The notes beneath the pieces were generated by a model, which was not told the DNA's origin, did no database searches, and worked only from the letters and a program-made list of their open reading frames with translations. 64,000 nt of DNA. Source: Fimbriosthenelais zetlandica. Its lineage: Eukaryota. Each line of letters begins with the position of its first letter. Within the stretch, counting starts at the first letter, position 1. This document shows, in pieces, positions 12,784 to 24,900 of the stretch. The translations under genes and the position numbers were made by a program. The DNA lies in assembly GCA_977030845.1 (NCBI GenBank), contig OZ365109.1, forward strand, positions 57,350,001-57,414,000, written 5' to 3'.

Positions 12784-15668
12784 CTGAAGGAGGATAAAAG
12801 AAAGACAAATAAAGCTTGACACCCACGTCCTGGAGGGGAAGGTAGTTTTGGTGTTGTAGGCAGAAAGACAAACATGTTCTGCAGGAGTTCCTACCAATTC
12901 ATGGCACTCAACTGCTGCTGCCACTTGAGTTGTCAGCAATGACGAACGAGCACGTTCACGCAGCCCCATGGACAGCCCATGGTTCAGAAGCACTATTGGA
13001 ATCAATGTCAGGCTGTATAAAGGGCTTTGATAGCTCAATAATAGAAAATAAGGCCGTAAAGAGGAGGAATAGGTCTGCTTGGTCATACAGAGCAGCAGGC
13101 CCGACTCACAGTTGGCTGACTCTGGACCATCTAAGGGCATACAACTGGACAACCCAGGTTAACTGACTTGTCATCACTCACTCCTGATGTACGCCAATTC
13201 TTGACACCTCAGTCACGTCAGACTCCTAAAAACTCTGACCAGAATGGCAAAGTAGTCCCCGTACAAAGTTCTAAAGGCAACTCTTTTGGAACTCAATTTT
13301 TTTTTCTAAATGGCAACATATCACTCAAATAATGACTGATATAGAGCTTTTTAATGGAGTTAATGCGCCTATAAAGAATGTAGAATGACGCATTACGGTT
13401 GAAGAAAAGTAAAGTTTGCTTTTGCATCACTTGTATAAGAAGACTGTGTTAATATAAAGTCATCTATCAGAGCAGCCTGGGCTCAATACACGCCACATAT
13501 TGGCCGTCACTCTCCTAATGACACCCAATGAGATCCCAGGGAGACCGTTGATGCGGACCTGCTTTGCAGATCAAGGGGTCAATACACTATTTCTATTCGT
13601 GTCACAATGTACGCCCTACTGCGGCGGGCTTTGGAGTGCCGGATATTCAGTTTTTTCTATGGACACTGGCCAGGAACCACAGGGCAGCTAGGAGTGGCAA
13701 TATATGGTCACCAAGAGCAGCATGAAACTGCCTTTTTCCAGGTCTGCCACCGGACAAAGCGCCTTTATGGTACAACTTCTGTATTCTGCTCTGAAGCAGT
13801 TCAGGTCTGATTTGAGTTCAAGCTTCAAGATGAACTATCTCCTGATCTTCAAAGGAGCAGTTCCAAAGTGAATTTGTTAGCATCCAGAGGTGCCTTCCAT
13901 TGCCCAGATTCAAAGAATCAAAGCATGGAAACGCGATTCAATTGTATGTACTTCTGTTGTTGGAAATTCTTCATTTCTGAACGTCAGATGTGATCAAGGG
14001 TAAGGCGCAATAAACTGCCTAAAGTAACACTACCCAAACTCTTGTATTGAAAACACATGCAGAGTCAATCAATGTGCTAAAATATTAAGATCATGTAGTC
14101 TCTTTAAAGCCCAAATCATAAAAGATAATGAAAAGGCATTAAAGTGGGATTGGTAGGAGAAAACAGGCTTGGAGGCTGCCTTTAGAGAGGACCTAAAGCT
14201 GTCATCACCAATCCCTGCTGCCGCTAGCATTACCAACTCTATCACTAGGGTAACATGAACCACGAGGCCTAGGGATTTACCTAACATCTCTCCCACGAGC
14301 TGTTTTAATCAATTGGGTTCACCTGCCTTTATCCGTGTCAATTACCCAATTGCGTTTACACCCCCTTGGAGCAAGAAAACACCCCCACCAGGGTAAGCAG
14401 GGTTACAGGTTTTATTGCATTCAAACCGACCTGAATGGACCGGGAAAAAGACATTGCTTCCTATAGTGTTATAACATCATGATCTATATATGATAGAATG
14501 GGTAGGACTGTACAGTAGGGTGTGTGTGGCCTGCTGAATATAATGGATTTTGTCTGTCCCACAGTACTGGCTGGTTTCATTCAGCAGTTTGCAGGCATGG
14601 ATAGTATTACAAGTAATCCAGAGAAATCCCCAAAATAATCCACGTCAATCAGATCTCCAGCCATCATTAGGAAACATATCGGAGCAGTATTAGTGTCTAT
14701 CAGGCCCATGCTGTCTCGCAATCCATGGCTCTGACACGCAAATGATAATTCACACATATCAGTGTTCCAGGTGTGTATGGGTGCTCTTGGAAGTTGCTAG
14801 GTAGACAATTCATTTGTCATGAAATAAGGCAATATATCAATTCATGTAAAAATCTCTCAAATTAAAAGTTAAAATTCTTTTACCAGATTAAAATGGTGCT
14901 CGCAAAGTAGAACTGAGACATGAACAGCATTAGGCCTATTGGTTATGAAATAATGTATTTAGATTGTTAACATCCAGATCGGGATAGAGGGTGAAATAGA
15001 CATTCTGAATCAGTTAGTTAGTCCCATGCATATTTCACTTCAGGCATGATTAATTCCAAACTTGAAGAAGTCGTCACTGAATCATTTCGGGGTGACATGG
15101 ACTCGCTTTCAATGATGGATTTCAATGATGTTGGAACTGAATGTTATTTAGTCGCAACCTTTTAAAAGGCTTAGAGAGGGATTGTCCATGCTGCTACCCT
15201 CATTCACTATAGCAAAGTGGGATTTAAGTAATGTTCAGCTTGGGAAGACACTTCCCGAGTGACAAATACACATGGAGGGAATTTCCAAAGCTTCAATTTA
15301 GAAATTGCACAGGGAGGGCTTCACTGCTGAGCTCGACTATAGATCACTTCCCCTGCCTGTTACACCTGACACAAAAACCTGACTTCATCTTAGGAGACGC
15401 GTACAAATTGCTCTAAACCATCGTACTAATGACACTTTCTAGATGACTTCTACACGCGCAGGGGAAAGTTTCAGCTAATGAATGGGAGGCAACAGAGGAT
15501 ATGATAAAAAGTGAACAAAAAGAAAGCATGAGTTAAAACGAGATTACTACTAATACCTGAATAGGTCATTATACCCGAGTACACGTTAAAATATGCCATG
15601 TATATTATCTCGTATTTTATTTAGGCTTACAAGTTAGTCTGTAAAGAAAAGAAAAGAAAATAACTTAC

Positions 15669-15756
15669 CATTTCTGTTCTAAAGGAGAGCTCACGCTCTA
15701 ATGTGGACAGGTGGGAGAAGTGACGGTCACTCTCAAACATGTTAGAGATGTGTTGC
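15669..15756 (-). CDS. DPY19L1: Internal coding exon of a DPY19/DPY19L1-like protein C-mannosyltransferase (first lumenal loop)
   Basis: The minus strand reads acceptor ...atatctctttgcag | G CAA CAC ATC TCT AAC ATG TTT GAG AGT GAC CGT CAC TTC TCC CAC CTG TCC ACA TTA GAG CGT GAG CTC TCC TTT AGA ACA GAA ATG | gtaagtta donor. It is 88 nt, phase 2 to phase 0, translating [29 protein letters not shown]. From memory this closely matches the vertebrate DPY19L1 motif [34 protein letters not shown] and C. elegans DPY-19. It is too short for the ORF track. The paralog assignment (L1-like) is less certain than the family. Confidence 0.95.
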
Positions 15757-15830
15757 CTGCAAAGAGATATTTTCATTTATTTAGAGTATGATCAATATAC
15801 AAAATGATCTTATTAGTTGTACTATACAAT

Positions 15831-15998
15831 CTGAGAACCTTGAGTGCCATAGGTTATTGGGTACTGGCGTGCCACTCGCGTGCCAACATTGTGGGTGGCA
15901 CGGCTCTGCTGGCAGACCTGAGAGGCTTGAGTATAATATGTTGGGTACTGGCGTGCCACCTAACATTGTGGGTGGCACGGCTCTGCTCTCAGACCTGA
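15831..15998. repeat. Tandem duplication (87 + 77 bp units), each unit with a GTGCCAC...GTGGCAC hairpin
   Basis: The units share gggtactggcgtgccac...aacattgtgggtggcacggctctgct..cagacctga. Hairpin gtgccacc/ggtggcac at 15953-15978. Confidence 0.9.
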
Positions 15999-18900
15999 AT
16001 TGACATGGAATGATCCAACTTATCGAGAAGAAAGTTTTCCACCATAAGATGTTTCATATACTCAGTGCTCTACAGAATAGATCAAACTTAGTATAGCAAA
16101 GAGCAAGGCTCCTTTAAGAACTGTAGTGGATCAAGCTTATCCCTCTCTTGTTTCCATAGCGCGTTTACACAAACTTTTCACAAACACCCACCTTTCTTCA
16201 GCAGTTAATATATAGGTTGAAATACTCCAGTTCCCCATAAAAGTCTTTACTGTACCATCAGCTCTGGCGAGCAGAGCTCATAAGGGTGTCAACAACAATA
16301 CTATACACAGACTGGGTGCAGTCCCCAACATGCAGATTGGAAACACTCTGCATCCTTCATTTAACAGTTTGCATGAAAAATAACTTTTATGACGCCACCA
16401 GAAAAGAAATAATTCATACTGAATACACACTAAGACTGACACGAGAAGACAGTTTCTTCAGGGGGGAAAGAAAGTTAAAAGCCCAGAAGGTTTAATCTCT
16501 GGACTGAGAAAGAGCCCTAGAGCCAGTTGAATTAACATAAAACCACTAAGAACGGTCCTTTAGGACAATAGAAATAAGGCAATGAAGTGCATAAAACATG
16601 TGAAGCAATCAGAGTAAAGTTGACAATTGAGGGTCACATGAGACTCCCATTGGTAGAGTATTGACACCCTCCTTGAGACAATAACATTATCAGCTCACAT
16701 CTGGGGCCTCTACCTAAAACAGTCATCCTCCAGTGTCAGTTTACATGGCCGAGGCAGGCTTAGCATCTCTCATCGCCAACACTTGCCAGCTATAAGATTA
16801 CATAGACAACAAGAATTGTATGCAAGAGACCAATACAGGATGACAACAAGGTTGGCGATCGACTGGCCCGGCAGTGATTAGGATAAAAACCTTTTGTCCT
16901 TCAAATATTGCTTTTCCAAATGGAGAAATTTAAACATTGTTAAATTAGCAGTGATTACTTTAACATGGTTAGTAAATATATGCCATTATTTAAGCTCTAT
17001 TTCCATTGGCTACATTATGTTGTTCTTTTTTTTTGCTGGCAGAATTATATTAAGGATTTTCAATGGAATATAATATAATTATATAATGCTGCTCCTTATC
17101 ATTTGTTCCCCATCAAGTTAACAGACATGGACAGTTTGCAGCACCAAGTGATTCAAGCAATTCGCTTTCCAAGCAGAAAAAAAAACTTTCCAAACTTAAA
17201 TGTGTTTCATCCACAGGTTAAACCAACACGAGTGCCTGTTACAAGCTTTAGGCCACAACCTGTCGTTCACTCAATCCACATTCCAAGCAGGCTCCACTCA
17301 TCCATTTTTTTTTCTTATCCTGGCAACAAACTGAGAGAAGTTTGAAGACTGTCATTGCAAACTACATTAACCGAGCCACGAGCCATGATGGGATTCGATT
17401 CTGTTGAGCGGTGGGAATTCTCACGCTGAGCGCAGCATGTTTCCACTTCTTGTCATGCTGCCTGTGAGTTCCTCTCACAAGCCAGACCAGATTCACCCCA
17501 CGAAACTTGAGATAATTGCATGAAAACTCATCGGGCAGAGTGGCTTGATGATCCATTGAGTAAATATGAAGCGTTTGTCACAGTGGTACTGTTATCACTG
17601 TGGCAGAGTTGTCATTGAGCTTCATTAGTCTGCATCAGAAGTCTGAACAAATTAAATACTCCAACTCTTACAGCAGAAAGCATGTACTTTTCAAAGGCAA
17701 GTCACATTCTGGGATCAAAGGCAATAAGAAAGAAGAGAGCTTGGGAAGCATGATGTAGTGGTTCTATAAATGAAATGGGACAAGTGTGGAAATAAACCAG
17801 GCCCTACTTGAGGCTCATTTCTACAGAAGCCAGACTAATTAGTTGCACATCATACAAAGACAGGCTTCCCTAAGTGAGATATTTACTTCAGGTTCAGACA
17901 TTCTGCCATCCCACCTCGCTTATCAGGAATATAATCATTTTGCTAGAGGGACCACTTCAATGGGGATTCATTAGTTCCTATGACACCCACTTCATACTAT
18001 AAATTAATATCACAAGTAGGGACGGCGTTTTTTACCTCCACTACTCAATTGATCTTCATGGGAGTGACACACAATGGTGCAGGATGGGCAGATTGGCTTT
18101 CACATGCTGCATATATATGTGGTTTAATACATTTTATATCCTATATCCTGCTAAAATGTGCTGAGTTATCAGTATAGGGACAGAGTGATTCTAGATTTTA
18201 ATCACCTAAAATCGGAATATCCCAATTTTTTCTTAGACACCACATGGGAATTGGGTTATATTGCGGAATAAAAAATACATTATGGAAAAGATTTGTCATG
18301 TAAAAGAACATGTTCTGATGTAACTAGAAAAATTACGGTTTCTGTTAAAATATTTGAAATCTGTAGCGAAATCTCTAATTTAGAGATCAATATCTCACTA
18401 TATAGCTTGTTTCAAAACGACCCATCATTCCAAGTCCCTGGTCAGGTCAAACAAACAGACAGCGTGTACAAAACTGATGACGACAGCCCTGACCGCCCCG
18501 CCTTTTCACAGCACAAAACATATTACTTTTGGTCATCTGCCGAGCACCTAATCACATTACATCAGTAACTTATCAGAAGGCTTGAATCCCAGCCCCTGGT
18601 GACCTGAGACAAATCTAATAAGTACATTTCCTATCTGTTTGCCCAGGCCGTTGGCCCGCCGGGGGCTCAAGACGTTTCACAGCGGGCCAAGGAATGGGAT
18701 TTGATTGTGGCCAGATGGGGCCAGCACGGCTGCTTTCTTCACATCACTAAATGTTACCTCAAGCGACTGGTGACCGGAAAAAAACTGACCGCGATTAAAA
18801 TGTTGCTTTTCAACATCCTGTTCTTAACCAAAGGGCTCTAACTAAATTGTTATAAATAATTATCAGTTACAGAGGAAAAGGGGTGTATGATGCATTTCAA

Positions 18901-21900
18901 TTATTTGTATTGATTCATCCTGAATGTAGGCCTATAGTCTCCAGTTTCAGTTTAAGCCGTTCTGCACACTGTCTCAGAGCCCAGTCTGAACCATGCAGGG
19001 ACATCCAAGAATAACTCAGACAATTACATGCAATATTTCATATTTTCTCGTCCACCGTTCTGAATCACCGGGCCAGAGCCAATAGCCTAGAGCCGATAAA
19101 TCAGCGGCAAGACAAACATTCTAAGAGCAACTTTGCTGTGGGATCCAATCCATCGGTTAGATTCAGCTAATTCCAAGTGTACACAACATAAACAGCCTGT
19201 CCTGGGGGCGAGTCTGTGTAGTTTGTAGACAAATGGCCAATTGTTCTGCCTGGACCCCTTGGGGTTGAGGGTGAAATATTCTTCGCCCCAAGCAGTTGTG
19301 TTGGTATGTGAGTAGAGTACCAGCTAAAAGCATGGGGCAAAGTGGGTAGACTGACTGAGAGATGCTTCACTGTAATAAATTTTGAAACTGAATCATCAAT
19401 TTCAACAGAATCTTTTCAGTAACATTCTGCAGACTTTTGCAGGTATGTAGCATTCTTGCTCCGATTTCTGAGTTGAATAATGCCTTGACCAGAGCATAGG
19501 CGAGTTTTTATAAATATAGCCCATGACTGTTTCGGAGCTTTGATAGGCCTTCATTGAGCAACTCTTAGAGATAGTGAAAAGTATGTATATACGTTCTGTC
19601 TATTTTTGTGATAGGTGAAGCCTATGAGCACTTCAAACTCTGAAATAGTCTGAATGGACCCTGAGAATGAAAGGTGCAGTAGAGCTTGTGGGATATTCAC
19701 TATACAAGCAGAAAACTCCTACTATCAACTGGACAAAAAAGAGGCAAGTACGAGTGAAAGGAATAATATATTGGTATTTCTACCTCTTCACCAGCCCAAC
19801 TCATAACTTTGAATAAAACAACGTTATCGATTGTGGATGAAAGCTGGGATGTGCTGGGGGCATTCTATACAGCATGTGTGAATATTCCCATCCCTTGCAA
19901 CATCATGCACTGGAATGTGATATCAAAGTTCAATACGGGCATGACAATAAAAATGTCAAGGGATTTAATGCTTGTCAATATGTGCAGTTTTTTTCCAGGA
20001 GGCCAAACAGCAATGTAAGCCAGGGTGTACAATGGCTGAACAGAAATTAATCCACGACGAAAGAAAGTCTTTTGTGACGATCGATGAGCTATGGATCATA
20101 AAATGCAGAGCCATCGGAAGAGTACAATGTTGATTTACTCCCTGATTAAATCACTTTCTGAACTGTAATTATAAAGCTGACGGCAAACAATGGTGGAGAC
20201 TTCCAATTAGCATCTTGAAATTTTAATTTCGGTTTTCGAACCAATTTAGCAATAAAAACAATTAAAATCTTCAGGGTGTCTAATTTGACTGGGCAAAAAG
20301 TGTAACCTTCTAAAACTACTCACATGACAATATTGTATTCCGTGATCTCCATAGGATTTCACATAACAATATTCAAAAACTGGAAATTCAGCAAATTGTT
20401 ACCATTCTGTTGTCTTATCTGACCACACTCCCTATCCAGGTGAATAATGATTAAGTATGACATATATTCTATATGTTGGTTCAGCCTCAGTGGGTATCCT
20501 GCAGTGCTACATGGAAGGAAGTTCGACTTATAGAGTAGTGACTAGTGAAAGATAAAGGCCATGGCATGGCAGAGCCCCATGTTAGATATCCTGCCAAACT
20601 GCAATGATAATGTTTACTGAAAATATGAGAAATTCAGAATCTCAAATTGCCATCTCTCGGTGAATAATCACCACTCTTTTCAAAACTGATCGATGGCACA
20701 CTGGCAATAGGCAGGGCACTGGAAAAGGTAGAGTGAAAGGTAACTTTCTAATTGATGAACCTCGACGATATTATGAGACATCAGATATTATCTATAGATA
20801 CCAGATTGATTTAATCAATTTCAGAGTAAGTAAGAGGACCAGTCCTAGTATCAAGTACCAAGTTGCACCCTGACTGTTAAAAGCTTCATGAATTTAATCT
20901 TCAATGATAATGACTCATCGATTAAAATATTGACAGCTCTTAATAGGCTTTCCTTATTCAAAGCTCTAATTAATAGAATGCCTATACATCGGGGGATTTG
21001 GCTATGGCAAGATTAGTTCCACTTTGATTTAAAAAGTTCAATGAAAGTATGAAGCTATCACGATGGTCTATGTTTTACAGATAGTAATCAGAAGAATATA
21101 TGCAAACCATCATGCAAATTCAATGGACACAAGACCCTATCTCATAAACCCTGGAGAAGCTACTGAATCCTTGCGATAGTAGGCCTACACCCCAACAGAC
21201 TATGTTGAAAATGAGAATGCATTATCATCTGAAGCTTCCTCGTAATTTAAAGATCCAACTCGGTGGCTCCATATTTGGGAAGTTGCTAGGCTCTTGTGGC
21301 ACGAGTCACGCAGCCTAAACGCTGAAGTGGGATTGTTTCAAATGTCAACCAGCTATAGCGGATGGCAGAAGCTAGAGGCTGTGGATGGCCAGGGATGCCT
21401 TGATAAAACACGCCAGTCAGCAGGGTCGTAATTGGATCTCCCCAGATTTGTCGTGCAGGCCATCCCAGTGGGAAGGACACTCAGTTTCACAGGGAATTAT
21501 TTTCTCAACAGGCCCACCAGGCTTGGGCGGTAAGGCTGGGAGAGGAGTCAGACATAAAATGAGTCCGATGGGTGCCATAGTAGGCCGGATTATATCGTAT
21601 TTGAGTTCCTCTCATGGGAGCACATGACACGATAGGCTCTCTAAATCGTGACTTTAAGCTATCACATTTGTATGATACATATCTGCTTATTGCCTCTTTT
21701 GGTGAAGATAAGCTTACAACTGTCTGATAATGGTACGATTCATGCACAGAATGGAGGAGAGGCAATAACACTAAAGCGCTTTCATAAAGTAGTCATGTAT
21801 ACATGTATGGAAAAGAACTTGCATTAAAATGTAACATGAGCAGTACAGTGCACAAGGGATATGATACCACCAGTTTTAATTTAGACTTGTAGGTGATGTT

Positions 21901-24900
21901 AATAACTATACGGTTGCGAAGCGAATGAGTAAACCTGAATATGTGACCTGTTCATGATTTTTGATATCTTTGAGCAGATCCATGGAAGCAGTGATTTCTG
22001 CCCTAATTTTTCACAGATTAAATTGAATGCTCAATAATTGCAAGAAGGTGCAGTATAAAAGCTCATGTGAATGGACCAAAGAATTTCAGTTGCCTAACCC
22101 ATGCATCATCAGCTGCTCTCTAATATGGCCTTGCATGGTATTTGCATTCCATTAGTTTTTATCAAGAATGTGCTTTAAGAGTTTCTAAAGGAAATGCTAT
22201 TACCTCGCACAATAGCCTGAGAGAATTGAGAATAAAGTGGAGTAAAAATTCATACCAGGACTTCTATTCATACTGCTATTGTGCCTAGCATACGGTATTT
22301 GAGGCCACTTCTGACGATAATGAACGGCCTATATTCTTTCTAAACAGAACGAGCAGCATTCCAGTACTCTTTATTTAAATAATGATGGATATCTCGCATG
22401 AGAAAAATATTCATATAGTCATAGTTCTGAGAAGGGAGATGCACAAAAGCATCAGACTTCAATGAACATAGACAATATGTGAGTGCGCCCTTGCAATTAC
22501 CACTCCAGCATATGGGTAGGCAGCAGGGGCACAATAGCTGCCTTTCAATCTTATTTTCTTTTTCTCTATTTCTTCCCCATTCATGCTTCCTGTAATTGGA
22601 CCAGTGATAATATCTTGTCCCCGTCGATAGGTTCAGCAGAGATAAAAGACATACCTAATGATACGTGCGACATCTCCTCCAGACAAAGGCTCGCTACCAG
22701 GTTCCAGTTGGAGCCAATAGTAAGAGGGTCGGCAATTGCTCTCTTTAGAAGTCTTCTCTTTCCCAATACATACCCCTTGGTAAAGACCCCTCCCGTTTTC
22801 ACTTTTTGGGGGGACCAAATCAACACATTTTTATCATATGAAATGCAGGCTGAATACAATATACAATGCAATCTGCAAAGTGCTTATAATCCTGGATAAA
22901 AAAGTACAATCATGTATTATGACAATCATGACTATATCCGAAAAAGCGCAGTGAGCGCAGATTTTTAGTCAATAAAAGATTTTTTTTTAAAATGATTCAT
23001 GCAGCTATATATGTTGCACATGCATAAAAATATAACCTGTGACCTAGAACTGATATCATGTGACCGTTTTATCTGTACTAACAGTAAACATATCCCCCAT
23101 CAATAGACCTTAACCTATGTCTAATCTATAGTCCATATAGGACTCTTCTGGATTTATCATAGCAACATTATTCCTTTCAATTCCTGTCCTCAGTACGCCT
23201 GCCAGCATTCATGTCTTGGAGTGTTAAATGTTCCCCCAGATCTCCTCAAAAGTTCTCTTTATTAAAGGTCTCCACGGGGGCCTGGAGGACCAGAAGCCAT
23301 CTGAATGGGAATGATTGAAGCCATTCGCTTCCACAGAAGCCAGAACTTCTGAGGCTTGAAGCCACAAAGGACATAAAGACTGGTGGACATTTGTGAAGGG
23401 GTACACCCATCAGACAGGCTCAGTGTCAGAACATATTAGTTACTGCAGATCTGGTCGATATGTGTGAATGGTCCATCGAGTCCCCAGCGAACCACCATTT
23501 GTAAGGTCCTCAGTTGATGAGGGTTGGTATATAAAGGAAGCAAGCGGCAGATGTAAAGATGAGAGAAATATGGCAATGTGTTCCTCAGCTGTTACATGTA
23601 TGGCGGCAATAAAATGAGTATCGAGCGCCGAGCGAAACATCAATGGATTCCAATACAAGGGGTCTGGGCCATACCAATGCCATGTCAATTGGCAAGTGAG
23701 GACTGGCCGCCTAAAAGGCTGGCTTCAGACTAGAGGTGGCGACTCTGGCCTATACCTCAGGAGGAGGGAATCAATTTCCAGATTTGCACATTATAAGGAA
23801 GAGGAACAATATGTTCCAAAAGAAAGGCAGGATAACATGAAGATTCCTTCAAAGAATTAAATTAAAGATGAAGGATACGAGGTGCAGTACCTGTGGATTT
23901 CGTATATTATATAATTATTTAAATTATCCATGTTAATACTGCAGTCCACATTCAAATTTACTTATTGTCAGTGTCTGTTAATTCAGTGTCTGGGTTCTCA
24001 ACTCATACGTCTGCTTGTAATCTTTATTTTTAGCAGTCATTTGCCCAGTATTAATTATGTGGTTTCATTAATGGTTATTTATTGAACAGACTAATAAGAG
24101 ACCACTGTAATAAAGGGGTTCTGTTTTTCCCAGCAATGTTCCTGCTAATTGAATGAAATTTTCACCCAAGCTATGGCTTCATGCTGTGGATCTGGGTTAG
24201 CACTGAGCATGCCTGGTTTGAAATGGTTAAGCAGCATTTTTACAATAGACAGAAAATAATAGGGTCAGGACGAACGGAGGAGTGAAAAGGGGGATGGACT
24301 AGTCTAAAAATATATTTCAGTCTCTATGGATTATCCCTCATCTTGACAGATTTTCCCATGCAAAATCTGCAGCAATCATGTCTTCAAGGAACAAACTGGT
24401 TTCCTTTTCATGCCACCCGGCCAAGATCATCGAATCAAACTTGAAATAGAAGACACAATAATGGATCTCTGATTCTTTAGTAGCAGGGTGTGGCCTGGAT
24501 CCCCAGGGAAAGACATGGAGAAAGAGAGAGGCCAACACGTTTATTTTGGAGCAGGAAAATGCCAGCCATTTTCCCTCTCAGCTCAACATGCAGGGCTGGA
24601 TGGTTTGTGTCGAAATCCATGAATTGCATGTTGGAGGTGGGCACCTGGGCATCGGGTTACCTTTTCATTATCCCACTCTCTGTGGATCGGAGGTTAGAAT
24701 TTCATTTCACACTTCTGATCATTTCATGGAGTTTGAAGAACCCTGATTAAAATCGCTGCTCCAACAGCGTGTTAGTGATATTGATACTACCTGGCATTTC
24801 AAAATGGCAATACCGAATGTGGTCGTGTACACGCATGGGAAACAAAGAAAATCTGAATCAACATTTGTCGACAAAATTCACAATTGACATTCTGCAATCT

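Larger units (their letters stand above)
1..15668 (-). other. Intron downstream of the DPY19-like exon (at least 15.7 kb; 3' end outside the window)
   Basis: Starts at the GTAAGT donor (15668-15663). A manual scan found no exon beginning with the expected GLYYSY motif between 15668 and 1. Confidence 0.6.

Noticed and set aside
11970-12860. Stop-poor minus frame (7 stops in about 285 codons) and a kinase-like GEGSFGVV on the + strand near 12835-12860
   Set aside because: No family recognised and not significant after multiple testing. The G-loop mimic lacks the VAIK, HRD and DFG motifs and is flanked by stops.
18578-18638. MIR/CORE-SINE-like fragment (gaatcccagc...gtgacct...tttcctatctgt)
   Set aside because: Only scattered short matches and no intact A/B boxes; cannot be supported without an alignment.
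18758-18766. 9-nt microexon candidate (tttttttccggtcaccag|TCGCTTGAG|gtaaca)
   Set aside because: It sits in a repeat-like GC-rich patch with moderate splice sites and no microexon enhancer context; chance is likely.
19425-19448. Plus-strand AG|GT junction (ttttgcag|gtatgt); similar ones at 31310 and 56660
   Set aside because: They are antisense to the only identified gene. I used them as the background estimate for recursive-site-like motifs.
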